A stretch of 35,395 nucleotides of DNA from IMG/VR virus record IMGVR_UViG_3300036784_000166, positions 1 to 35,395 of that record, one strand, 5' to 3'. Below the pieces are notes generated by a model. The model was not told the DNA's origin, searched no databases, and saw only the letters and a program-made list of their open reading frames with translations. This document shows, one piece after another, positions 1 through 7,311 of this stretch (the stretch's first letter is position 1; every line of letters starts with the position of its first letter). Source of the DNA: a virus (lineage: Duplodnaviria; Caudoviricetes). The translations under genes were made by a program, and so were the position numbers.

Positions 1-1
1 C

Positions 2-376
2 TACAAACTGACCGCGTGGGTTGATTCCATACGCGGAAAGAATGGCTGGGCATCCTACAAGCCTGAAGATAAACCGTCCCACGTTCCTGATTGCACAAAC
101 GAGGAACGTGGCGAAATGGAATTGTACGAATTCTGTACGAATCCTCCCGACAAATATTTCCTCTATGTTTCCGAGGAAAAGCGAACCGCGTTCACTTGGC
201 CCGGACAAACGCTTGGCACAGTCCAGTTTGGACGCGCCTACAAAGTACCTGCATTTGGCGGATGGCCCAGTGTGCGCGTCCCTGTCACAATTCATGCCGT
301 AAACGGTCTAACGTATCACGGCACATACTACAAATCCTCGGGCGATTATGCCCGGATCGAGCGGGCCAAGCGCTGA
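2..376 (+). CDS. Phage hypothetical protein, 5'-truncated by window edge
   Basis: Frame of ORF 116..376 is open back to position 2 (YKLTAWVDSIRG...); its TGA overlaps repeat copy 1. Confidence 0.75.
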   Translation, partial: YKLTAWVDSIRGKNGWASYKPEDKPSHVPDCTNEERGEMELYEFCTNPPDKYFLYVSEEKRTAFTWPGQTLGTVQFGRAYKVPAFGGWPSVRVPVTIHAVNGLTYHGTYYKSSGDYARIERAKR

Positions 377-463
377 ACGCTCTCAACCTACGCACACTCA
401 CACTGTGCGTAGCGGGATGCGTTCAACGCATCAATTCGATTGATGATCGAAAACGGAGGAAAA
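374..463 (+). repeat. Intergenic structured repeat, copy 1
   Basis: TGAACG-[hairpin CTACGCACA/TGTGCGTAG]-GGATGCGTTCAACGCATCAA-[hairpin TTCGAT/ATCGAA]-AACGGAGGAAA, followed by ATG 464. Confidence 0.8.
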
Positions 464-760
464 ATGACAGGCAACATACTTACCAAGCGCGAATTGAAAA
501 CGCTTTTCTATGTGGGCCGCAAACTGGAATTGATTGGCTGTTACGTTCCCATGAAAAACGGGCCGCAAGCGCGCACCGTCAAAGCGCATCGGTCCTACGG
601 GTACGATATGGAAACAGCGGACGGGCGCATTTCGCGCCTTGATTTTCAGACTGGACAGCGGATTGAGGCATTTTCGCCCGCTGGCAACGGGTATACGGAA
701 GTGATTATTTGGGATGCGGGCGAACTGGGTATCGCGGCAGCACATTACCGTTTGCTTTGA
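464..760 (+). CDS. Phage hypothetical protein
   Basis: ORF 440..760; start moved to ATG 464, which follows a GGAGG SD. Confidence 0.75.
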   Translation: MTGNILTKRELKTLFYVGRKLELIGCYVPMKNGPQARTVKAHRSYGYDMETADGRISRLDFQTGQRIEAFSPAGNGYTEVIIWDAGELGIAAAHYRLL

Positions 761-850
761 ACGTCCTTAGTGGGCGTGGCACAAACCATGCCCACTCGGA
801 TGCGTTCAACGCATCAAATCGCGGGCGATTCCCGCAAACGGAGGAAACAA
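758..850 (+). repeat. Intergenic structured repeat, copy 2
   Basis: TGAACG-[hairpin AGTGGGCGTGG/CCATGCCCACT]-GGATGCGTTCAACGCATCAA-[hairpin GCGGG/CCCGC]-AAACGGAGGAAA, followed by ATG 851. Confidence 0.8.
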
Positions 851-1045
851 ATGTCAATGTCAAAGAAAGATTTTATCGCACTGGCGGATCACATTCGCAA
901 CGAAAATACGCATGGATTCGCTTTCAGTCCAGAGCAATTGCGGGAACTGGCAGCATTTTTGCGTGACCAGAATCCTCGTTTCAATCGTGAACGCTGGCTA
1001 TCCTACATCGCGGGTGAATGCGGCCCAAATGGGGGCGCGCGATGA
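851..1045 (+). CDS. Small phage hypothetical protein (MSMSKKDFIALA...NPRFNRERWL)
   Basis: GGAGG SD before ATG 851; ATGA overlap with next gene. Confidence 0.8.
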   Translation: MSMSKKDFIALADHIRNENTHGFAFSPEQLRELAAFLRDQNPRFNRERWLSYIAGECGPNGGAR

Positions 1046-1491
1046 AAACTAGACAGCCAAAATGGAAATACGTGGGCGCGTTTGGCGATGTCGATCCAAT
1101 CGCGCATGGTGGCGGATTCGTTTATGAGGATCGAACTGGAGTGTATCCTCCCGAATTCGTCTATTTTGAACCGGGGTCAGACGAATCGTGGCACAAACAT
1201 CGCGGGAACACGCCCGTCCTTGAGTTCCGGGTAATCATTGAATCCGATCCTGAATCCGAATGGTGGTACACAAAACTTCCAGACGTGGCGCGTACGTGCG
1301 GGCAATCCCTTGAGGATTACCAGCGCTTTGCGCACGGCACGACGCTAGAACGCGCGTTCCTGTATGAAGGCCTCATTTCCTATTTCGGTGCGGAGGAATT
1401 CGACTCCTATCCGCGCGAACGCACAGAGGGAAAAGCGTACTTCCGTTACTGGCGCGAAATGCGCCGCAACCTAAACGGAGGTGCGCGCTAA
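1042..1491 (+). CDS. Phage hypothetical protein
   Basis: ATGA-coupled start at 1042; TAATG coupling to next gene. Confidence 0.8.
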   Translation: MKTRQPKWKYVGAFGDVDPIAHGGGFVYEDRTGVYPPEFVYFEPGSDESWHKHRGNTPVLEFRVIIESDPESEWWYTKLPDVARTCGQSLEDYQRFAHGTTLERAFLYEGLISYFGAEEFDSYPRERTEGKAYFRYWREMRRNLNGGAR

Positions 1492-1778
1492 TGTGGTACT
1501 ACACGGGCACGTATTCGATTCCCCTGCGCCTAACCCTTGAACAGGCGCGTTCTGTCTCACATCAAGGCCAATGTGACGCGGATGTCCGCGAACTGTGCAA
1601 GGTCCGTCAAATCCGTTCCCAGTTGCGCAAGATTGATCCCGCAAAACTCGCGTCCGAATTGCGCGAATATGGCGCATGGGATGCCGAGGAACTGTCCAAT
1701 CATGAGGTGAATCTAGAACGCCTTGTGTGGCTGGCTGGCTGCGATATCAGAGAGGAGTACGATCAAAAGCACCGTTAG
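1491..1778 (+). CDS. Phage hypothetical protein
   Basis: 95-aa ORF, GGAGG SD, coupled start. Confidence 0.8.
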   Translation: MWYYTGTYSIPLRLTLEQARSVSHQGQCDADVRELCKVRQIRSQLRKIDPAKLASELREYGAWDAEELSNHEVNLERLVWLAGCDIREEYDQKHR

Positions 1779-1834
1779 GCCGAAACGGGCGAGCAATCGC
1801 CCGTCTGTGCGTCAGGCGCACACTGAGGATGGCC
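1778..1834 (+). ncRNA. Type II hammerhead self-cleaving ribozyme
   Basis: GGCC-GAAA-stem III (CGGGCGA GCAA TCGCCCG)-TC|-stem I (TGTGCG TCAGG CGCACA)-CTGAGGA-T-GGCC; intact CUGANGA/GAAA core, GUC cleavage after 1805. Confidence 0.9.
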
Positions 1835-1885
1835 ACATGGATCAATCTGCCGCGCTAGATGCGCGTCCAAATTTGCTGTAACAGT

Positions 1886-1993
1886 CTTAAGACGGGCGAA
1901 TCGATGCGCGTGTGTTCACCGGGCATAGCGCTTGGGAAATGACGCATGCATCCGTGTGGACATCCCAACGCGCGTTCCTCCCGTCCGTCTAAG
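1886..1993 (+). other. Long imperfect stem-loop (possible ncRNA)
   Basis: AGACGGGCG/CGTCCGTCT, GATGCGCGT/ACGCGCGTT, GTGTTCAC/GTGGACAT, CGG/CCG and GCAT/ATGC nested pairings with several G-U pairs. Confidence 0.55.
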
Positions 1994-2204
1994 CGTTCCC
2001 GCCTCATCAACGGGCATGGGCGCAACACGTTAGGGTGCGCCCGTATTCTGTCTGTAGTCCTACGTGCGACGCGCTGGTCGCGAGAGAGGATCGGATTGTG
2101 AGCGTATCAGCTCGCGCGCCCGCATTTCGATCTGTCTGTAAGGATTGGGCTTAACCTAGTTGGCCTAGTTACGCACGGCGCGCTGGTCGCGGGAGGTGAT
2201 CCGA

Positions 2205-2444
2205 ATGCTCGCTGTCCTACAGCTACCTGGGATTCCGACCCCGCCAGATCGCCCAGGAATGCCAGGAATGGCCAATCTAAGGGACATCGATCTTGCGATC
2301 ACGATGGCGCTCGTCGGTCTGGCCGCTCTCTTGGGCTGGGGATCGAGTCGACTCGACAATCGGCGCAGTTTTCCCCGTGAGTTTTGTATCAACCTCGTGT
2401 TTATTGTGGCCGCAGAAATCGTGCTCTGGATTTTTACGCGCTAA
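2205..2444 (+). CDS. Small membrane protein with two predicted TM helices
   Basis: GGAGGTGAT SD before ATG 2205; two hydrophobic stretches; Pro-rich N-terminus. Confidence 0.6.
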   Translation: MLAVLQLPGIPTPPDRPGMPGMANLRDIDLAITMALVGLAALLGWGSSRLDNRRSFPREFCINLVFIVAAEIVLWIFTR

Positions 2445-2926
2445 CCCTTCGCCCCCAGCGCGCTTCGAACGCCTTGCGTCAAAAGATGCGCGCGCGGTCG
2501 CACGCCAGTCTTGGGACCATATGACCTGGTCGAGGTCGTTCCAAGGCGATGCCAAGGATCGGGCGGATCGAGCTTATAGGGACCGGGCGCGAAATGCCCG
2601 CCGCGATCGAAGCTAACAATCTCTCGACTGACGCGCGGTGGTACTCGATAGCGGATAGCTCGATCCCCCTTGACGATGTAAGCCGTCGTAACGGCCATGA
2701 TGACGCCGTCGAGGTGCATCTCGCGCTTCATTGCGACGGCCATCGCGCAGCCCGTGTGATCCATCTTGGCCGCCTTCTTATCGTCACTTTCCGTGACATC
2801 GATCATGAGTACCTCATCCGCATCATCGACATGATTGACGTTTGGAAAATATTTCCTGACAATTTTGAGTGCGTTCGCTCCTGCCATTTGAACGTGTGAC
2901 TGGGGCTTACGTGTTTTACGCGGCAT
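2441..2926 (-). CDS. Phage hypothetical protein
   Basis: ORF 2441..2974; start set at ATG 2926 after AAGGAG SD. Confidence 0.75.
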   Translation of the reverse strand: MPRKTRKPQSHVQMAGANALKIVRKYFPNVNHVDDADEVLMIDVTESDDKKAAKMDHTGCAMAVAMKREMHLDGVIMAVTTAYIVKGDRAIRYRVPPRVSREIVSFDRGGHFAPGPYKLDPPDPWHRLGTTSTRSYGPKTGVRPRAHLLTQGVRSALGAKG

Positions 2927-3308
2927 CTTCTTTCTCCTTTTCGATTGGTCCAATTCGAATGAGAGTCTTTTCAATCTTCCCGATCACTTGCTTGGGCGGA
3001 ACGAGTTCGATTGATTTCGCGCTGTCATCTTTGATGAATCCCACATTTTTGAGCGCGTCCAAAACCGGCTTGAGCGAGCCCGCAAGATTGTCGGGGTCGT
3101 ATGCTTTCTTGTGATAGATCGTTACTTCAACGTGCATCTTATTTGTCCTCGCCGCGTTCTTGAGCAACGCGCGGTGTGTCGCACAAGGCGCGGCGAGGAT
3201 CATCCATTCCCACGCTGTACGCAGGCGTCGATAGGACTGAGGGTGCCTATATTCGCGCCTGAGTTCGTTCGGCGAGGGCGGAACTTCGTCGATTTCAAGA
3301 TGGATCAT
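2916..3308 (-). CDS. rusA: RusA-like Holliday junction resolvase
   Basis: PPSPN N-terminal motif and DPDNLxxxxKxxxDAL...DD acidic catalytic motif. Confidence 0.75.
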   Translation of the reverse strand: MIHLEIDEVPPSPNELRREYRHPQSYRRLRTAWEWMILAAPCATHRALLKNAARTNKMHVEVTIYHKKAYDPDNLAGSLKPVLDALKNVGFIKDDSAKSIELVPPKQVIGKIEKTLIRIGPIEKEKEDAA

Positions 3309-3459
3309 TTTTACCTTTGAACGCTGGATGCCGCGTAGCTCATCGTTTGCCCACGCACGGGTTCCATCCAATCCATATTTGCGAGCGGATCAAAAGAGGA
3401 TGGTGCTACGCGCGGTGCGGCGTTCGCGATTTGCCGTTCCAATCGCCCGAGCGGCTGGG

Positions 3460-3681
3460 CTAAAAAGGGCGCACGACGATCTCGATGTTTTCGAGATGAT
3501 CCATGTGGGCCTCGGGGATCGCCCGACTTGCAACGGTTGCGACCTGCTCGGGTCCAAGCGCAACGATTGTGACGGGCGAAATTAAGATTTCCGATTTGGG
3601 TGTTTCGCCCGCGTCGGTTTGTTCCTTGGTTGCCTTGGGGTGATACAGCACCGCGTACTCAAATAACTTTCCTTTTGCCAT
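3460..3681 (-). CDS. Phage hypothetical protein ending ...IEIVVRPF (possible -1 frameshift extension to 3311)
   Basis: 73-aa ORF with GAGGAG SD; C CCT TTT heptamer immediately before TAG. Confidence 0.8.
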   Translation of the reverse strand: MAKGKLFEYAVLYHPKATKEQTDAGETPKSEILISPVTIVALGPEQVATVASRAIPEAHMDHLENIEIVVRPF

Positions 3682-3793
3682 ATGATTCTCCTCTGATTGA
3701 AGTGGCGCGCTTTATCGGCACCGGCGCGCCAGCGGTTATGCGACTCACGGCGGGATCGGCAACCCAGGCCCTCTTTTTACCGTCCCGGCTCAT
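3659..3793 (-). CDS. Small basic hypothetical protein (44 aa)
   Basis: ATGA-coupled to the upstream gene; fills the operon gap. Confidence 0.4.
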   Translation of the reverse strand: MSRDGKKRAWVADPAVSRITAGAPVPIKRATSIRGESYGKRKVI

Positions 3794-3978
3794 GGCCCCG
3801 AACTTGGTAATTCTCGTTTCGGTTCCGGCTCGTACGAAATGACGCGCAAGCATTCCATGCACGAGTACACGTACGCGACAGGATGCGGCGGCGTTTGCAC
3901 GACGCGCACGCGGCGAATTCGCACGTCGAGCCTCATGCACTTTGGACAGAATGCGCGCTTGGGCAAAATCGTTTTCAC
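3790..3978 (-). CDS. Small Zn-ribbon protein
   Basis: CPKC...CMEC; GTGA overlap with upstream stop. Confidence 0.6.
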   Translation of the reverse strand: MKTILPKRAFCPKCMRLDVRIRRVRVVQTPPHPVAYVYSCMECLRVISYEPEPKRELPSSGP

Positions 3979-4184
3979 CAAAGCCCCGTATATTCCTTCT
4001 CGAAGCGCTTGCACTTCGCGGCTGTAAAATTCATTTCCCATAGAAGGTTTTCCCCAGCGCTGTGCTGGAGCTTGTGTTTTGTATCGCCGGGAATCGTACG
4101 CACGATTTCCCCGAGCTTCTCGATTGCGGTTTTCATCGCCCACTCAAGTTCTTGGAACAACAGACGCGATTCACTTTCGCTCAT
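3975..4184 (-). CDS. Phage hypothetical protein
   Basis: 69-aa helical ORF in tightly packed operon. Confidence 0.6.
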   Translation of the reverse strand: MSESESRLLFQELEWAMKTAIEKLGEIVRTIPGDTKHKLQHSAGENLLWEMNFTAAKCKRFEKEYTGLW

Positions 4185-4482
4185 CGAACAGCCACCCCAT
4201 TTTCCCCGGCTCCGCTTTCCTGATTCGCAAGCCAGGCTTACATTTCGTGCAAAAAAGCCCGAGGTTATCGGGATGAACCCAACGGCCTACGCGCAATTGC
4301 ACAAGAACTTTCGCGTAAATTCTTTTGGCCCTGCGCTTGCCGTCGATTGGCGTGATATCCTCGCCGTTCAACACGCGGCATTTTTCACAGCGCCGCTCGG
4401 CGCGTTTCAAAAGTTGCTCGACCCGCCGCCAGAACTCCGGTGTGTAAACCGGCTCACCGCCCGGTCTTTGGGTCGAAGTCAT
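4171..4482 (-). CDS. HNH-like Zn-finger protein, probably degenerate
   Basis: RAERRCEKC...PDNLGLFCTKC layout; usual catalytic His positions not evident. Confidence 0.55.
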   Translation of the reverse strand: MTSTQRPGGEPVYTPEFWRRVEQLLKRAERRCEKCRVLNGEDITPIDGKRRAKRIYAKVLVQLRVGRWVHPDNLGLFCTKCKPGLRIRKAEPGKMGWLFDERK

Positions 4483-5425
4483 CGATTATCTCTTTGACCG
4501 GGACGAGCCCTTTGTCTTGGCTTTTTTTTTGAATCTTTTCCCGTACCGCCGCCGAGCCAGTCGTGGGCGCACCGGGCTGTTCCTCGGTTTTGGCATCGAC
4601 GATTTCACGCCACGTCGTTTGCCCGTCCCGGATCGCGGCGTAGAATCCGCGCAGTTCGGCGAGTTCGCTTGCCTGCAAAATTTCAGCACCGTGTCCCAAA
4701 ACCTGTTTGAGTTCAGCCACTCCGACTCCGATGGATTGGAACGCGTCGAACAATTTTCTTTTGGCACGATCCGGGTCCTCCGCATCCGCTTTCTTCAGGG
4801 TATCGAGCACCTGCGACATGGCCTCCTCAACGATATCCCCTGGAATCAGGCGCAGCCCGTTCGTACGGATCGCTTTCGAAACGAGCGCGTTCTGCTTGTT
4901 CAAAAGTTCATCCTCGGTCGCAACGATCAGATAAACGATTGCGCCCTTGCTGTTCGTCCGCTGCCGCAGCACTTCATCGCCCGGTTTAATGGACCGCCGC
5001 TCGACCGCCTTTTCAATCGTCACGTCCGAGCTGTATGGTGTATTCGTCTCGCAGTCCGAAACCGTGACACGCAAGATGCGCTTCTCGCGATCCTCGTAAA
5101 TCGCGGCGCTATCGGTGGCGATGTTCCCCATGAGCCGAATCGCCGTCTCAGCGAAACGGATCGACGGACCTTCAACGCCCCTGCCAATCGGTTTCACGTA
5201 TCTCGCGACCGCCGCAAAGCCGGGGCGCTTGCACTCTTTCAGAAGCTTGGCACGCACGATGTCCAGGTCCCTCGGGTTCCGCTCGGCCATGATGTAACGC
5301 GCTTCAACGAGCGCTTTCGCCTGGGCCGCCAGGACCATCCCCGCCGTTTCCACCTGGATCGGCTGCGGGAGCGGGCTCAAGGACGATAGGTTCTCTTGCG
5401 GGGAGCTGCTTGGTGTCATTTCCAT
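4454..5425 (-). CDS. Putative single-strand annealing protein (recombinase partner of YqaJ)
   Basis: 323 aa, directly downstream of YqaJ exonuclease; PRD...EGPSIRFAE segment typical of phage annealase-like proteins. Confidence 0.65.
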   Translation of the reverse strand: MEMTPSSSPQENLSSLSPLPQPIQVETAGMVLAAQAKALVEARYIMAERNPRDLDIVRAKLLKECKRPGFAAVARYVKPIGRGVEGPSIRFAETAIRLMGNIATDSAAIYEDREKRILRVTVSDCETNTPYSSDVTIEKAVERRSIKPGDEVLRQRTNSKGAIVYLIVATEDELLNKQNALVSKAIRTNGLRLIPGDIVEEAMSQVLDTLKKADAEDPDRAKRKLFDAFQSIGVGVAELKQVLGHGAEILQASELAELRGFYAAIRDGQTTWREIVDAKTEEQPGAPTTGSAAVREKIQKKSQDKGLVPVKEIIDDFDPKTGR

Positions 5426-6398
5426 AGAGCTGCCAGTCCTTTCTGAATTTCGGTACGAAACGCCGCGTGCCTGGCTTAGTCTTAGTGTAGCGTTTCAAAA
5501 GTTCGTTGGGCGATTCGACGTGGTGAAGTCGTGCCAGGAATGATGCAAGCTCCTCGAACGCACCTTGCCAATCGATGTGCTCGGCATCCTTCGAAAGCTT
5601 CCAAGTGATCTTGCCGAATTCGCCCTCGATCCCTTCGTGCGCGCCGACGAGCATCTTGACGCGATTTTCAAGCTCCGTTTCGAGCGCGGTATACTCCTCA
5701 ACGATTTGCCGCACCGCTTTGAGGTTGTGAATGAGAACGAGCGAGTCGCGATCCGATTCCTTGATGGGTTCGATGTCGCGCGGATACTTTTTCTTGAGAT
5801 AAGCGGTCCACCCGGGCGATCCGTCAATCTCGGGCGGCGTCTTGCCAACCACGTGCTTTTCCCACCAATCGCCGAGCTGTGCGAGAATGTCCCGCTCCAG
5901 TTGCGCATCCCGATGAATCGTGTAAATCGTGAAGCTCGTCCCGGCCTTGAGAAGCGCGATGTCCCATACCGGGTAATCCATGATCGCCATGTAAACGGCG
6001 CACTGAATGAGGTAGTGATCCGGGACCTCGTCCGTGCCGGGCTCGCCAAACCGATCGACGTAAATGCTTTCCGTTTTTAGCTCCACGCCACGTTTCTCGC
6101 CGGTCACGAGACGATCCGGGGAGCCGATAAGCCATGACAGGATTGGATGTTGATAGCGGCGAGACGGAACGATAAGCCCTCGGCCCGTTTCACGCACGTA
6201 AAGTGTTGCGATCGCAGGCTCCATCGCTTTACCGAGGTCCAGTAAAAAGTCACGATTGGGGTCGGGAATTTCCTCAACGAGCCCCATCTTTTCAAGCCAC
6301 ACGTCCATCTCAGTTTTCCAGGGTGAGAGGCCCAGGATCGCGGCGGCATCCGATCCGCCAATGGAATTACGCCGTTCGAGTTTTTCTTTCTTGTCCAT
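5304..6398 (-). CDS. YqaJ-like viral recombinase / lambda-exonuclease family nuclease
   Basis: R..SIGGSDAAAILGLSPWKT, SPDR, ELKT and YLIQ motifs; TAATG-coupled start at 6398. Confidence 0.92.
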   Translation of the reverse strand: MDKKEKLERRNSIGGSDAAAILGLSPWKTEMDVWLEKMGLVEEIPDPNRDFLLDLGKAMEPAIATLYVRETGRGLIVPSRRYQHPILSWLIGSPDRLVTGEKRGVELKTESIYVDRFGEPGTDEVPDHYLIQCAVYMAIMDYPVWDIALLKAGTSFTIYTIHRDAQLERDILAQLGDWWEKHVVGKTPPEIDGSPGWTAYLKKKYPRDIEPIKESDRDSLVLIHNLKAVRQIVEEYTALETELENRVKMLVGAHEGIEGEFGKITWKLSKDAEHIDWQGAFEELASFLARLHHVESPNELLKRYTKTKPGTRRFVPKFRKDWQLYGNDTKQLPAREPIVLEPAPAADPGGNGGDGPGGPGESAR

Positions 6399-6604
6399 TA
6401 AGACCGCTTGAACGCGGCCTGCGCGCTCCGGTGCCGCTCCAAGACCAGCTCCACATCCCGCTCCAAAACCAAAATGCACGACCCGTGCCGCACTTTCGGG
6501 AAACAATATCCGAGTTCACGCTCCATCCAGCGCTTGAGCGTCTTGGAATCGATTCCCGCAATCCGCGCCGCCTTGCGCAAGCTGAGGTGTTTCTGGATCG
6601 GCAT
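6398..6604 (-). CDS. HTH DNA-binding protein (excisionase/MerR-like)
   Basis: LSLRKAARIAGIDSKTLKRW helix-turn-helix. Confidence 0.75.
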   Translation of the reverse strand: MPIQKHLSLRKAARIAGIDSKTLKRWMERELGYCFPKVRHGSCILVLERDVELVLERHRSAQAAFKRS

Positions 6605-6810
6605 CAGGCGGCATCCTTCGCTGTATTCTTGGCGGGGATTGCAATCCCGCGCGTTTCGTAATACTCGCGAATGCAAATGCGGATCAGTTGCGTCATGTTC
6701 AGTTCCCGCTTCGCTGCGTCTTTCTTAATCAGGTCATACACGGGCGGCAAGAGCCGCAAGCAAATCACTTCGCCATACTTCTCGCGCGAAACTTTACGAT
6801 TACGACCCAT
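6604..6810 (-). CDS. Ribbon-helix-helix regulator (Arc/CopG-like; cro position)
   Basis: VICLRL strand then two helices (YDLIKKDAAKR, MTQLIRICIREY); first gene of leftward operon. Confidence 0.7.
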   Translation of the reverse strand: MGRNRKVSREKYGEVICLRLLPPVYDLIKKDAAKRELNMTQLIRICIREYYETRGIAIPAKNTAKDAA

Positions 6811-6875
6811 CGGTCGGCCCCTTTTGGGCGCTGGGAATTTGGAAAGCACGCGGCGTGGCGATTCGTGCTTTTTGT

Positions 6876-6904
6876 TCTATACCGCAGAATTTTTCGCAAC
6901 GCAA
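6876..6904 (-). promoter_or_regulatory. Putative sigma70 leftward early promoter
   Basis: TTGCGT-17 nt-TATAGA in AT-rich divergent gap. Confidence 0.5.
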
Positions 6905-6936
6905 TTTTGTATACAGAAAAAAGCGCAAAATATTTG

Positions 6937-6965
6937 TGGACTGTGGAAAACTAACATGGTAAAAC
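6937..6965 (+). promoter_or_regulatory. Putative weak rightward promoter (leaderless mRNA)
   Basis: TGGACT-17 nt-TAAAAC, with ATG 7 nt after the -10 and no SD. Confidence 0.35.
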
Positions 6966-6972
6966 CCGTCGC

Positions 6973-7311
6973 ATGCGACCACGAATAGCAGGGCCCGCCA
7001 GGACCAACACTCAGAGCAAGCCTGCCAAGACCCAGCGTTTGAACGTATGCCTTACGCCTGCCGAATATCAGCGAATCAAGGCCATCGCCGCAGTGGAGGA
7101 TCGCGACATTGGCTACATCGCTGCCAGGCTCATGAACTGGGCGGTCGATCAGTACGTTCGAACGAGTGGATCGCTGGTCAGGCTCCAGTACTGCAAAGCA
7201 GTAATGGACGAGAACTTCGAAGCGAGGGTTCGGGCTCGACTGAAGTTGAGACAGGAGGTCACTGGCGATGACAGGGCGCACGCAGAACTCCCGGCAAGGA
7301 AACGCGCCTGA
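6973..7311 (+). CDS. Ribbon-helix-helix regulator (repressor position)
   Basis: QRLNVCLT strand, PAEYQRIKAIAA helix, IGYIAARLMNWAVDQY helix, plus C-terminal extension. Confidence 0.7.
   Translation: MRPRIAGPARTNTQSKPAKTQRLNVCLTPAEYQRIKAIAAVEDRDIGYIAARLMNWAVDQYVRTSGSLVRLQYCKAVMDENFEARVRARLKLRQEVTGDDRAHAELPARKRA

Noticed and set aside
374-850. Canonical integron attC array
   Set aside because: RYYYAAC/GTTRRRY boxes and the unpaired spacer are not matched exactly, and the integrase looks like a phage arm-type Int beside a tRNA attP; kept only as an analogy
374-2200. CRISPR array
   Set aside because: Repeats are few, separated by whole genes or irregular spacers, and no cas genes are present
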